From contig NW_003314295.1 of assembly GCF_000143415.4 (NCBI RefSeq), positions 809,038 through 873,037 on the forward strand: a stretch of DNA of 64,000 nucleotides, in the 5' to 3' direction. Numbering within the stretch: the stretch's first letter is position 1; the number at the start of each line of letters is the position of its first letter. Below, in pieces: positions 26,932 to 40,000 of the stretch. Below the pieces are notes generated by a model. The model was given only the letters and a program-made list of their open reading frames with translations, had not been told where the DNA came from and did not search any database. A program made the translations under genes and the position numbers. This stretch comes from Selaginella moellendorffii (Eukaryota; Plantae; Lycopodiophyta).

Positions 26932-28776
26932 ATGACCGCGGGGCTGGATTCTTCTCTCCCGAATGGCGCCGAGGCCAGCATCGACATGCGATTCCATGGC
27001 GGCGCCGGAGGCAGCGAGAAACAAGTGGAGCGCACAGGTATGGGGATCGAGCGAGCAAGAAAGGGTTTTTCCTTTAGTTTTCGCATAACTTCCATTTTTT
27101 TTTCTTTGGGCTTTGCATGGCGAGGTCTAAAGATCTGGGCTTTCTGCGCAGGGAACGTTTGCACTGCCTCCGCTCATGTAATTACTGCCGTGATTGGATC
27201 CGGAGTGTTGTCCCTTGCATGGAGCATCGCCCAGTTTGGATGGGTTCCCGGCCCAGCTATTCTATTTATTTTTTCCATCGTGACCTTCTATGCGTCTTTG
27301 CTCCTCGCGGATTGCTACAGGAGCCCAGACCCGGCCTTTGGGAAAAGGAACACTACCTACATTGATGCCGTCAAGAACATCTTGGGTGAGCTTGAAGTTC
27401 TATAGTTCTTTTGTTCCCAAGTAACTTTTTTTCTTCTCTTGGTTGTGCTTCTAGGTGGCAGGCAAGAATGGTTTTGCGGTCTCGCCCAGTATGGCAATCT
27501 CATCGGTGCTACTATTGGATACACCATAACTTCTGGGAAGAGCATGGTGGCGATTAGCAAAGGTCACTGTTTACGCCATAACCGGCACCTAAGCAATCCA
27601 TCATCGTGCAACATCCATGACGGGAGGTACTTGCTCGTTTTCGGAGCTGCTCAGCTCCTCTTCTCGCAGATACCAGACATACACCAGATTTGGTGGCTTT
27701 CCATCGTCGCGTCGATCATGTCTTTTTCGTATTCGTTTGTCGGGCTGGGTCTCAGCGCTGGTCAAGCAGTACGTAAGTAGAGCGAAGCACGTTTGCGCTG
27801 ATTCTTTACTCATGTTTTCGTGATTCAGATGGAACTCAAGGTACCGCATTTGGGATTGGCATTGGACCTGGACCGCACTCTGTCAGCTCAGCTGATAAAG
27901 TCTGGGGTATACTCCAGGCGCTTGGGAATATTGCTTTTGCTTACTCGTTCTCATCCATCCTTATCGAGATTCAAGTATTTGTGTTCAGTCAGAGCATTTT
28001 TTTCCTTTCGAACTCAAGTGGGTTTGATTGATTGTCTGACAGGATACACTCAAGTCGCCCCCATCCGAGAACGTAAGCATGAAGAGAGCTACGTCAATCG
28101 GTGTTCTCGTCACCACCATATTCTACATGGCTGTCGGCTGCGTCGGCTACGCAGCTTTTGGAAACGATGCTCCGGGAAATCTCTTGACCGGATTCGCGCA
28201 CAGCAAGTTGTTCTGGCTTGTCGACTTTGCGAACATCTGCATCATCATCCATCTCGTCGGCGGCTATCAGGTAACGTTAACTTCAGCTTTCCTGGCTTTC
28301 AAAGCTGGAGAACAAATTCCTTTTTCTAACACGCTCTCCCGACTTGACAGGTATATGCTCAACCAGTGTTCGCGCTGGGGGAATGGTACGCCTCCCAGAA
28401 GTGGCCAAAGTCGAGCCTCGTAAACAGGGAATACTCCGTAACGGTGCTCACCCCGAGGATTGGAGTTTTCAGGTTCACCATCTTCAAGCTGTTCTGGCGG
28501 ACCTTGTTCGTGCTCTTCACGACCATTGTCTCGCTTGTGTTCCCGTTTTTCAACGCCGTCATCGGCCTGGTTGGAGCCATCACCTTCTGGCCGCTCACCG
28601 TCTACTTCCCGGTGGAGATGTACTCGAAGCAGTCGGGCGTGCGGAGGTGGTCGTGCAAGGCTATGGCGCTCCAGAGCTTGAGCTTTGTATGCTTCCTCGT
28701 CTCGCTGTCCGCGGCCGTGGGGTCGGTACAGGGAATCATCAGCTCGTCCAGGCGCTACAAGCCGTTCGAGTTCTAA
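26932..28776 (+). CDS. Amino acid permease (AAP family), copy 2, divergent from copy 1
   Basis: ERTG/NVCTASAHVITAVIGSGVLSLAW, SQIPDIHQIWWLS, GNDAPGNLLTGF, FWPLTVYFPVEM..YKPFEF*. Confidence 0.95.
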
Positions 28777-30141
28777 GAGAAGTTTCCAAGTTTCCTTTCA
28801 AGAGTTCGTTCCAAGGCGAAAGAATGCAAAGTTTACCATGTACACTTGGGAGGAGGAAAACTAATTTTTTCTTCTTGCCTCCCAAGGATCGAAATCAAAG
28901 TGGTATTTTTTTTTCTCTCCTTGGCTGTAGATCTTGTAAGGATTTTTCTTCCAGAGAGTGAGATGATGGTATGTGTCCGGGAGTGTTTGGTTATACTCAT
29001 TCCATCGCCGCCTCTCGCAAGCACGCGCTGGAAGACGACTGGGCATCGGACGGCTGGGACATGGCCTTGCCAAGTAAGCCCTAAAAACAGAGTCCCCTGT
29101 TTAGGGTTCTCGGACATCGTGCTCTTTGACAAATCTGGGTGGTACCAATTGGAATGAGCGCTCCTCTCTTTTTTCTACATGGTGGTTTTTCTTCTCTGCA
29201 TTGGTACGAGCGATGGATTCGAGCGCGCGTCTTTGTTTTGCGTGATCTTTTCCACAGCCCAAAGGGCCACGAATAATTCGTGATTCGAAATCCTAGGAGA
29301 TAGAACAAAGATCTCTCCTCTATAGTGAATGATCAAATGGGAATTGTTTTCAGCCGACATTCCTTTCAATCTTATAGTTTACTTTCTCTCTCTCTCTCGC
29401 TCTTTTCTTTGATTTTCTTTGATATCCATATCCTATTCTCTCTCTGTTGGCTATGGCTGGTGTTTCTTTGTCATGGCAGAGTTTGGGCAGGACCGGCCAA
29501 GCACGGGTCTGAAAGAAAAGCTCTGGCTTCTCAGTCAAGATTTCTTTCTTTTTATTCTCTCTGCGATAGATCAGATTTTGAAAGGCGAAATGCCAAGATG
29601 ATTCCATGTTCCTCTCCCTCCATTTCCGAGATAATGGATCGATCTAATCAAATTGGCCGAAAGCCTTTTGCTCCTGGAATCGATTTGTCCGAACCAAAAG
29701 CGACAATCCCCTCAAAAGCTGTGCGTGTGTCACTCCTTCCCCTGTTCTTGTTGTTGTTGGATTAATAGACCCGCGCGCACAGTCAGACGAGAAAGGAGGA
29801 CAGCGATAGGGAGTGAGAAGATCTCTCTCTCTCTCTCTCTCTCTCATATATTCATTAAGATCAGTGTACACCGGTCTCGACTCCGATCGCTCGCGATTGC
29901 TCCATCCATCTATCCATTCCTGTATATATATTCCTCTTCTCTCATTCAATGCTCTTCCCGGTGCTAGTCATAGTGGAGCTTTCCTTTCCATTTTTTCTGC
30001 CTCAGTGGAACCAGCACCACCATAAAACTATGGCGATTGTCACATACGATGCCTCCGTAGGAAGTTTAAATCGCGGGAATTTGCTCGTGCTCTAGTCTCA
30101 CGATTTGATCCATCTCTTTTTCCTCTCTTTTTGCTGATATC

Positions 30142-33100
30142 ATGGGAGCTCCTCGAGAGCTGCTGCTGCCGCTACTCTTTCTCGTTACTCTTGTCCCTCC
30201 AGCCATCGGCATTCTAGAACGAGAGCATTTAAAGCACGAGTACGAGCGTAACGAGAGTAACGAGAGGAAGGTTTACCTGGTGGTTGTGAGAGGGAGGCCG
30301 GTCGTTCATTATCAAGGAGGCATTCCTGGATTTCCTGCGACATCGAGCGAGCAAAGAATCAACAATGCTCTCAGGTATAGCGATCGAAACAATCTTTCTC
30401 GATGGAACGTGAATAAGAAAGCTTTGGTTGCTAAGATTGGTTTTCCTTGCGGATGCATCACAGAGCTTTTGTTTTTGCAGTGACGAGGACAAGAATTACG
30501 CCTCGCTGCTCGTCGCGCGGCATGACGAGCTTCTCGCCAAGGCCTTTCCAGGTGAGAAGAGCTACCGGAAGCTCTACAGCTATCACCACTTGATCAATGG
30601 ATTCGCGGTGGAGCTGACTGAAACACAGGTAAGAAACTCATGTCATCCCAGCGATCGAAGGCGGTAAAACTCTCTCCTGATCAAAGGCAGCGCGGCTGGA
30701 GAGAATGGACGACGTTGTCCACGTCGAGCGAGACGAGCGAGTCCAGACGATGACCACTCATACCCCGGAGTACATGGGACTGCCCGGGAAGTGCTGGCCA
30801 AAGCTGGGAGGCGTCGCGAATGCTGGGCAGGGAGTGGTGATTGGAATCGTCGACACCGGCATTGACCCCTCCCACCAGAGCTTCAAATCCTCTTCGTCTT
30901 CCACGAACTCATCTTCCAGTAGTCCGGGAAAGTACACTGGGAAATGCGAAGTTGCGGACGAATTCCCGCAAGGCTCCTGCTCAGGGAAGATTGTTGGAGC
31001 CCGGCACTTTGCGCAGGCCGCGATTGCTTCCGGGGAGTTCAACGCCAGCGTTCACTACGCGTCGCCCCTGGATGGAGATGGACATGGAACGTAAGTTTGT
31101 GCTCTATGATCACATATCACTTGATCATCGCACTCTTTCTTCTCTTCATCAGCCACACTGCTGCTACTGCTGCTGGGAATAGCGGCGTCTCGGTTGTCGT
31201 CAATGGCTTCAACTTTGGGAGCTCCAGTGGCATGGCACCCGCGGCAAAGTAAGTCGAGCGAAGAAAGAACGACTTAAACATCCCGGGCTTTCATACAGAA
31301 TCGCGGTGTACAAGGCGCTCTACCGATACATTGGAGGCTTCTTCGCAGACGTGGTCGCCGCCATCGATCAAGTAAGCTCGCTCGCTATAGCAACTTGCAA
31401 GCTCACGAGTTTTCCTTCGGTTTCTTTGTTTCCTTCAACTTTGGTCGTTCTCCTGCCTCGTTCGTTTTCCTCCATTTCTCGTCACATTGCTTTGTGTGAT
31501 CGATCAGGCTGTTGCCGATGGAGTGGACGTGCTGAGCCTTTCAGTCGGGCCCAACGGGCTCCCACGCCGGAACTTGACATTCATGAGCACCTTCGACCTG
31601 GCGCTGCTGTCGGCCGTCAAGGCGGGCGTGTTTGTGACCCAGGCTGTTGGAAACGGGGGACCGTATCCCCGGACCAGCCTGTCCTTCAGCCCCTGGATAT
31701 TCTCCGTAGCGGCGGCCACCCACGACAGGACCTACCCAAACGCCATCACCCTCGGGAGCAACATCACCATCACGGGAACCGGCCTCGCATGTAAGATACA
31801 CGCAAGTGTACTGCCTTCTGTGACTTTCCTCGTCGTTATCTTGCCCCTCCGCCAACTTTTTTGTGCCCGCCAGCTGCTCCGTTGACGTGCCATGCTTGCC
31901 AGCTGATGTAATGTGAGGCTTTCTGGGTGTTGTTTGCAGCCGGGACAAATGGCAGCTTCAGCCTTATCACCGCAGCAGATGCCACCAATGGGAATGTGTC
32001 CAGGATCGTTGTCGACGAGTGCCAGGACGCCGGGAACTACAACAGGTCGCTCGTCAGCGGCAGGATTCTCGTGTGCAGCTACAGCCTGCGGTATCTGTTC
32101 GGGGTGTCGACGCTGGCCGACGCGGTTGCGGCCGCGCAGGAGCTCAGAGCGTCCGGGCTCGTGTTTCTGGCCACGCCCGACCTCGACGGCCACAGCTTCC
32201 CGCCGTCCCCGATCGGCTTCCCGGCGATCATCATCCCCAGCTCCAAAGACTCCGCGGTAAAGTTCATCTGCCACCTTTCTTGGATCTTAACTATCTCACT
32301 GCATTTGCCGCCAGGTGCTGCTCCACTACTACAACACATCCACGAGAAGAGACGAGTCAGGCAGGCTCTCGAGTTCCGCTGCCATGGCCACCATAGCAGG
32401 AGGCCGCGAAGCTCTTTTCAGCTTCTCGGCACCAAAGGTGGCGACGTACTCGTCCCGGGGCCCGGACGTGAATAGCAACAACCTGGACGTGGCTGATGTG
32501 CTCAAGCCCAACATCCTGGCTCCCGGGAACCTCATCTGGGCGGCGTGGTCCTCGATCGGGAGCGACGAGCGGGAGTTCGAAGGCCAGGAGTTTGCGCTCA
32601 TCTCCGGGACGAGCATGGCCACGCCCCACATCGCCGGCATCGCGGCGCTCGTCAAGCAGCGCTTCCCGTCGCTCAGCCCCGCCGGGATCGCGTCGGCCAT
32701 GTCCACCACCGCTCTCACTCTCGACTCCAATGGCCAGCCACTACTCGCACAGCACCCCTCGAGCAATGTCGACTCCATTCTCGGCCCGGCCACCCCATTC
32801 GACTTTGGAGCCGGTTTTGTGAATCCCGCAGCGGCGATTGATCCTGGCTTGATCTTCGATGCCGGTGAGTTTTTCTATTCGATCGCGTTCGTCTCGACTA
32901 AGGTGTTTTTGCTGCCAGGATTCCAAGACTACATCCAGTTCTTGTGCTCCATTCCGGCTCTCAGCAACTCGACAGTGTCAGCCGCGACTGGATCGTCTTG
33001 CTTGTCATCGCCATCGTCACCCTCTTCGTCCTCCTCAAACACCACCGCTGCCGCCAGCATTTCTTCCAGCTTTGCCTCGGACCTTAACACTCCATACGTG

Positions 33101-33397
33101 AGTATCGCGAGCCTCAATGGCGCCAGATCTGTGGTGAGAATCGCGACAAGCGTGAGCGAGAGGGACGAGGCTTACAATGCTACATTGGTCGTCCCCGCCG
33201 GGGTCTCAGTGACGGTAAAACCATCGAGTTTCTCCGTGCGCGGTGGACAATTGGTCAAGTTGACGCTCACTCTCAAGGCTCTGGTCACCTCCTCGGCTCC
33301 CAGTTTTGGGGAGCTCCTCCTGGATGGCGATCGGGGACACAGGCTTCATCTCCCCATTTGCGTCAGCTCCAAGATCGCCTCCTCCGGTACCTCCTGA
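30142..33397 (+). CDS. Subtilisin-like serine protease (SBT2-type), intact, multi-exon
   Basis: Signal peptide, I9 prodomain KLYSYHHLINGFAV, TTHTPEYMGL, and catalytic triad IGIVDTGI / DGDGHGTHTA / SGTSMATPHIAG. Confidence 0.93.
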
Positions 33398-34836
33398 AGC
33401 TTTTCAATGTTTTCTCACAAAGCAAAGCAGATCTAACCTCAGCCCAAGTGTTCATAAGCTTAAAAACAAATTCTCGCAAGTTTCGAGAGACATCCATACT
33501 CGCCTCCTCCTCGTAAACCATTCTTCTCAATGTTTTCTCACGAAGCAACGTCAGAAGAATTATTATAAATGCCCGCAGAGAAGGACAAACGCCAATGAAA
33601 ATGAGAAAACATCACCCCACACGACATCCATACCTCGCATTGATCCTATCATCGAACGAAAAACTCTAAACGAAATAGTCAATTTGCTCATAGTGGCGAC
33701 CTCTTTGCCAAATGACCATGTTTAAAAGGTGGGCTGGCGATCGAGAGAGGCAGATTTGAGCACCCAATGGAGTTTCTCGTGGCTGCGCTTGCGCTGTGTG
33801 TGATCTTGGCAGGAGTGATGATCGACGGATCGGTGGTGAGCGATATTGTCCAGCCGATCGACATCCCAAAGGACGCTGTCAAATGCGCTCACCCCCTCGT
33901 CAATGCCGAGTTCTCGGGAGCTTCTCCGCTGATCGAGGTGAGTTTCTCATCATGGTTTCTCACACGAAGAACGTTTCCATCCAGACTAGCTACGCGCCTT
34001 CCACCCAATGCGGGAGCGCTTGGACCAAGATCGTCCTCGAGCTCACCGGTTTTTGCAAGGGATCGTCCAAGGAGCAAAAAATCGGTGGAGTGTGGCTGGG
34101 TGGCGCTCAGATCCTCCACGCGAGCACCCCTCTCCCGACACCGGAGGGGACAAACTGGACGATCCAAAGGGACGCCACCAGTTTCGAATCTCTCTTTCTA
34201 TCCAGCTCAAATCTCTCGCTCATCTTCTTGGATGTCACCGCCTCCTCCTCCACGAACTCGTCACTGCCATCGACGAAATCTTCCTACAGAATTAGCGTCA
34301 CAGCCAACTTCTACTTGTTCAAGGAATCCACAGCCGAAATTATCGATCAAGCTCGCGGAAGTCGCCGATTCTTCTCACCCCTGGCAGGAACATCGGCCGG
34401 TTTGTTCCCGCCCCTCGCTGTTCTCCCGATCCATCCACCACCCTCCAACTCCACCGGGCTTTGGTTCGTATTCCAAAACGATCAGGAATCCTCCGCCATG
34501 GTGACCCTCCGACCGTCGTCAGTGCTCGCTTGCAGGTCTTCGTTTCCTCGCATGGTGACGACGAGTTTTGGTACAAGAAGGGAAGCTCCCCGGAGATGCG
34601 AGAGTTGGTGGTCATTCTCGACGGTGCTGTGGTGGACGCGATCTGGCCGAGCCCGGTGATCTACAGCGCTGGGATCAATGCATCCTACTGGGAGTCTGTT
34701 GGATCCATCGGTGCCTTGAACTCTCCTGGCTACGACGTCATCTTGGACGCGTTTGCTCCTGTTCTAGCCGATGGAAAGCCCCATAAGCTTGGATTTCGAG
34801 TGACCGGAGCCACCAGCATCTGGGTGCCAGTTTGCT
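31416..34836. repeat. Segmental duplication of 54811-58254 (subtilase 3' part plus PNGase A 5' part)
   Basis: Near-identical colinear sequence including introns and the intergenic spacer. Confidence 0.95.
33767..34836 (+). pseudogene. PNGase A-like gene, 3'-truncated and frameshifted copy
   Basis: Matches 57174 onward; 4-nt deletion near 34512, 7-nt deletion near 34822, and homology stops at 34836. Confidence 0.88.
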
Positions 34837-37030
34837 CAAGCCAAAAGAACATTGAACAAATGAAAATAATCAGGGCACAATGCAAGGCCCAAAAAATATT
34901 CAAAATACATTGCTCAAGGAAACACTTCAAAAAAATTATTCAATGAGTCTGAGGTGTTATAGAAATTTATCTAAGAGCTTGACCATGACAAGAAGGTAAG
35001 TATCCAACTTTATTATTATTTAAATATTTTGCCTTTAACCATATATTACTAGGGGTATATAAAAATTCAGTAACAATTATGTCTTTATAAAGATGAATTT
35101 AGAAGCATTTAGTATTTGGCTTAACATGTGAAATTTAACTTTTTGAACTTTTTTTTTTAGTTCAACTACATGATCCAGTTAACTAATAATGTTTCAATAT
35201 AACAATGTTAATGAAAAAACATCTCCAATGCGTGGTGCCTTGCTTGGTGTGAACTTCGGAGTGCCCATGCCGTTGGATTCATTCGCTCGTAATGTTTCAG
35301 GATTTAGTATAATGTTATTATCAAAGAATGGTAATCTTTATTAGGAGTTGAATAAGCTTTAGCACTAGATGTTAAAAACTAGGAAGTGGAGTGGACTTTA
35401 TATTACATACACAATTTAGACAAAAATTATAACACTCTTGAGTATATTTCAATTTTGTGCATAGAACTATTAAATGGGCAACTATTAGAGCACATGTGTA
35501 CAATCACAAGTAAATTGTTTAACATGAATATGAAATATTAGATATTGAATAATTTTTACAAGATTAAGAAAGTTCTCATTATTGTCACTTGTGAGTTCAA
35601 ACAAGAAAATAGTACATTGCAAAAATTATTCTGACAATACTTAATAATATTTATTAGCAAAAAACTAGAAATATATCAATATTTACTTCAGTGAAAATTG
35701 AAATGCAATTTATAAAATTTACTTCAAAGGTGAACCATGCTTTGAAAAGGAGTACTTTTATGTTTTTCACTTTAAACAAAGTCTCCAAATTCACATTAAA
35801 AATATATTTTAATTGAATATCAATCATCACATATTGAATTATGTAAAAACTAAAGGTTAGTGACCATAAAAAATGAGATCACAAAATACTTTAACAAGAT
35901 TTTAAAATGGTGGGAGGGGAAGGTTGACATGAAAAATAAAGAATATTTTCTTCCTAGATTGGTTGGTGGCATTCACATATTGCAAGATGGGGGAATTTCA
36001 TTCACTTGGTACAAAATTTTGTATGTTAATATTCAGTTATAAATGTGTTGTAGAGTAAATCAGATATTGAATTGGCATTCATCTCAAACACAAATTATTT
36101 TGAGATGAAACATGCAAGTTGGTTGGCGAGCAAAAAATTCAAAGCAAAAACATCTTTATATACTTGTTGTAATGATTTATGTGAGGCTTTCATGCAAATC
36201 ACAACATATTTGTAGTGCACCCTATTGAGCCTCTATTTCCACATTGAATTTTCCTTTGTGTAGACTAGTTATTTCATATAAGGCAATTAGTCATCCTAGG
36301 GTGGATACTTTTGTAAGCATGGATGCCTAATACATATGATTTCAAATTAAGGGGTAGAAGTATAGATTTCAAATTTAGAGGTAGAAATATACCTTGTTCA
36401 AGTATATATTATATTTTAAGTTGCCACTAATCAATAGGAATCAAACTTGTGCCATTTACTTTGATACCACATAAAGCACACTTTTTAAACCAACTAGAAA
36501 AAGGATAATTGCTTAATGAGATAGCCCTTAGTGGCTATTTTATCCCCATTTATCCCCTAAAGTTCCAAGAATTCACAGTGACAGTATATCCAAATTTCAT
36601 CCCATGATCACATGTGCTACAATATTAAACATTCCTTAATAGAAAAGTTATAGAGACAAGCCTAGGATTTTGAGAGTTGTTAAGCAAACATAAAAAAACT
36701 CCTAAAAACTATGACAAGCACAAAAAGGAGGATGCATTGAATATTATTTGTGCAACAACATCAATAAGAGTGCATTCATTTCAACAAAACAAAAGTGGCA
36801 ATCAAAAAATAATTTATAACAAACAATCAAATATCACTTTTAGATTTATAGTGAACAACAATCATAGACCCAAATATAGTACAACGAATGTTCTTGTGTG
36901 AGAATATAGCTCCAGATGAACCATTGATTTTAATAGTCACACAATAAGTATCACAATTCTTGATGAACAATCATAAATCATTGAAGAGAAAGTTCATAAA
37001 ACATTATGAGCTATTTGACAAGTGGAGAAA
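34837..37030 (+). mobile_element. AT-rich decayed DNA-transposon-like sequence (possible hAT remnant)
   Basis: KILKWWEGK..YFLPRLV (35890-35960) resembles the start of a hAT dimerisation domain; otherwise no long ORF. Confidence 0.3.
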
Positions 37031-40000
37031 AGGATTATTGTAACGCACGTGAATTTGAAGTCGAACTCCAAGCCCGTTGCACTACAAACGAGAGTCTAGT
37101 ACAATCCTACGAGCACTAGCTTCCTGTATCCAACACTTGCACGCAAAATGGTGTTAGATGGAGTCTGGCATAATTTTGGCATACCGGTGGCCTAACGCGA
37201 GGAGGTGGTACCCCACTGACTAGAGCAATATGGAGCTTGGGCTTAGACCCAAGTTGGACGCAGAACAAAAAGTGACATAGCCCAGCGGGAGCCAAACTAA
37301 TATCTTAAGTGGTCAGACATGCATTCCAACCACTATCTCTATTATACATTTAGAACCCCCCACAACCCCCTCCCCTCCCTTAAAGACATACGCCTTGGGC
37401 TTTCACTCCAAGCCTCTCTTATTACCATGAGTTAGTCTTTGGGACAACTTTGAAACTTATTAAATATGGAATGTCCTTAGAATGAGAATTTGGACATAGG
37501 ACATACACTATTGTGTTCAGGCCAATGTTTACATTCTATAGATATGCCAAATGAGCAAATCTAGACACTTTCTATAAATAGCATTTGGAACCGAAATGAG
37601 ACTAACACAAAAGGCATGATAGCGAAGGTGTTTGGTAGACATGGTAAGCTATCATTTAGCGAATATTGAGGGATTAGTCTCAATATCGCAGGAGTTCTTA
37701 ACATTAACAAGTGCAAGTCAACGAATGAGTTTTTCTAACTAGGTCAATGTGAGACACAAAATCCCTAGGCCCCAAAGTGGAGATGAAAGGGTGCCATGTG
37801 GTAGTGGCCGAAGCTAAAGCCAAACGAGCATAACACATTTGGACTAAAAACTCCAATTTGAAAAGGTCGAGAGTGGGAGTGGAACTCCCAATGAAATGCT
37901 CAAGGAATGAGCACGAAGTGAGCAATAAGCGAGGCTCCAAAAAGGGACCCAAAAGGACCAACACATGACACGTGGAAGTGTCTGAGATGGACCCGAGTTA
38001 GGGTCTAAAGTGGAGTCCGAAGTGGAGTCCGAGACGGAGTCTGAGATGGACCCGAGATGGAGTCTGAGATGGACCCGAGATGGAGTCCGAGATGGAGTCC
38101 AAGATAGATCCGAGATGGAGTCCGAGATGGACCCGAGATGGAGTCCGAGATGGAGTCCGAGATGAAGTCTAAGATGGAGTCCGAGATGGAGTCCGAGATG
38201 GACCCGAGATGGAGTCCGAAGTTGAGACCGAGACTGGGACCGAGACCGGGACCAAGACCGAGACCGAGACCGAGATCGGGACCGAGACCGAGTCCGAGTC
38301 CGAGTCTGAATCCGAGTCCGAGTCTGAGTCCGAGTCTGAGTCCAAGTCTGAGCTCGAGTCTGAGAGGGTGAAAGCCCAAAGCGTTCGTCTCCCAGACCCT
38401 AGGGGGTTTGATGAGCTCCAAAAGTATAGTGAGGGGGAGGACTACAGTGGAGCCAGTTTGGCCCAGGAAGGCCGGACCCAGTGTTGGGTGATGAGCTGCC
38501 CATTGGGAAGTCCAAGACTAGAGTGAACACGGACCGACAAGTGGGATAGCTTGGTGAAGTGTTCAAGAGCCGGCTCTAGTTCCCCCGGGAGATCAACTGG
38601 CCGATGCTTCCAGTCCAAGTGTGGGTGGCACTACCTACTTGGATACTTGTCGTGGCTCAACGAAACCTCGCTCTAAGCCCATGGCTAGAGCACCTAAAGG
38701 CGAAAGGCGGGGAGAGTACCCATGAGGCCTGCGTAGGGCCACGGTGTTCCGAAATGGTGTCCCAAAGTCCCAGACTGTGGAAAGGAAAAGGAGTAGCCCT
38801 TTGGTGTGGTGACCAAGGACATAATCACATGGTGAGGAAGTCCCAGAGGACCATGGGACTAAGTGGTCGGGCCTATGGGCTTTGCCCCAGTGACAGTGTT
38901 GGCAAACATGGCTATGGACAGAAAGAGACTTGGTGAGGACTGGAAAAGAGGTATTGGGGAAGGCTATTCCCCATGTTTGTAGGCATCCTAAGGATGTTAA
39001 AGAGTGGATCTGGGATGATCACTCATGGACGGATGACCCAGTCTTTGAGAGACGGTTTTGCAATGCATGTGGTGTTGGACCACTAGTGTGACCAAGGTAA
39101 ATGGGCATGGCCTTAGCGTAATGGGCTGATACGTCAGTGGTACCTTGGGGTGTCGATCATGGGATCGGACACGTGGAGCACCTGGACTAAGTGCTAAGGT
39201 TGAGTGGCATAGATGGCATTCTCGGGGCTAGCAAGCCCCAAGTCCTGAATGGGACTTATGAAGGTTATGAGTGAGACTCCTCCAAGTGGTCGAAGGTGCG
39301 GTTAAGTGACTAAAGTAGAATGGAAAAATTAGTCGCTTACAACTTGGTATCGGAGCTGTTCCTTAATCCGACTTTTATTGGTGCTCAAGTATATCACCAT
39401 TGATGTTGGCATCGAAAGGTCCTAGGAGTGGGCCTGTCCTTGAGGAGTAGCATGTCGAGAGGACATGGCTCTCCACTCAAGTTCACGCGTGAACTTGGGC
39501 ACAATGTGGTGGATAGAAAAGGGCCAATAATGGAACAACTTTGGGATCTTGGGAACAGTATAAGGTTTCCTCAGAGAGCTGAGGATGTGATCCAAATGAG
39601 CGTTTGACGCAGCAAACGGGCTAACGTAGTTGTGGTAAACAACTATAGTTGGGATCACGGGAAAGATGTAGACTCCAAAACAATAAAGGAGTCACAAGAT
39701 TACCCTCATATAGTTGAGGCTGGTGCTCATAACATTGAGACCAAAATTGATGACCATGGGAGGTCAAATACAGAAGAGGACACAAGTCCTTGAAATGGTA
39801 GCCGGGGCTACCTTTAACAAATGCTGGAACAACCCAAGGAGTTGGGGGTGTACTCAGAGGATGAGTTGGTATTCTCATCACATGGACAAGTGGTCCTAAG
39901 GGGCAAGAGGTTGCCCCAAGAGAACAAATCAAGTGTCGGAATAACACTTGCAAAAATGGTCCTTGTGAGTAGGACCTGAATACAAGAAGTTGTATTCCAG

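Noticed and set aside
28800-30140. Possible miRNA or small-peptide gene between AAP2 and the subtilase
   Set aside because: No conserved plant miRNA sequence, convincing long hairpin or CLE/DVL-type motif recognised by eye.
37039-37420. Possible solo LTR starting TGTAACGCAC
   Set aside because: No matching CA end with TSD found; only a short patch resembles B/A LTR sequence.
38005-38526. ES/ET/LG/SP-repeat ORFs (also 5923-6359, 43310-43624, 49693-50007, 50965-51633)
   Set aside because: Translations of the 6/12-bp LTR minisatellite; open in several frames only because the unit lacks stops.
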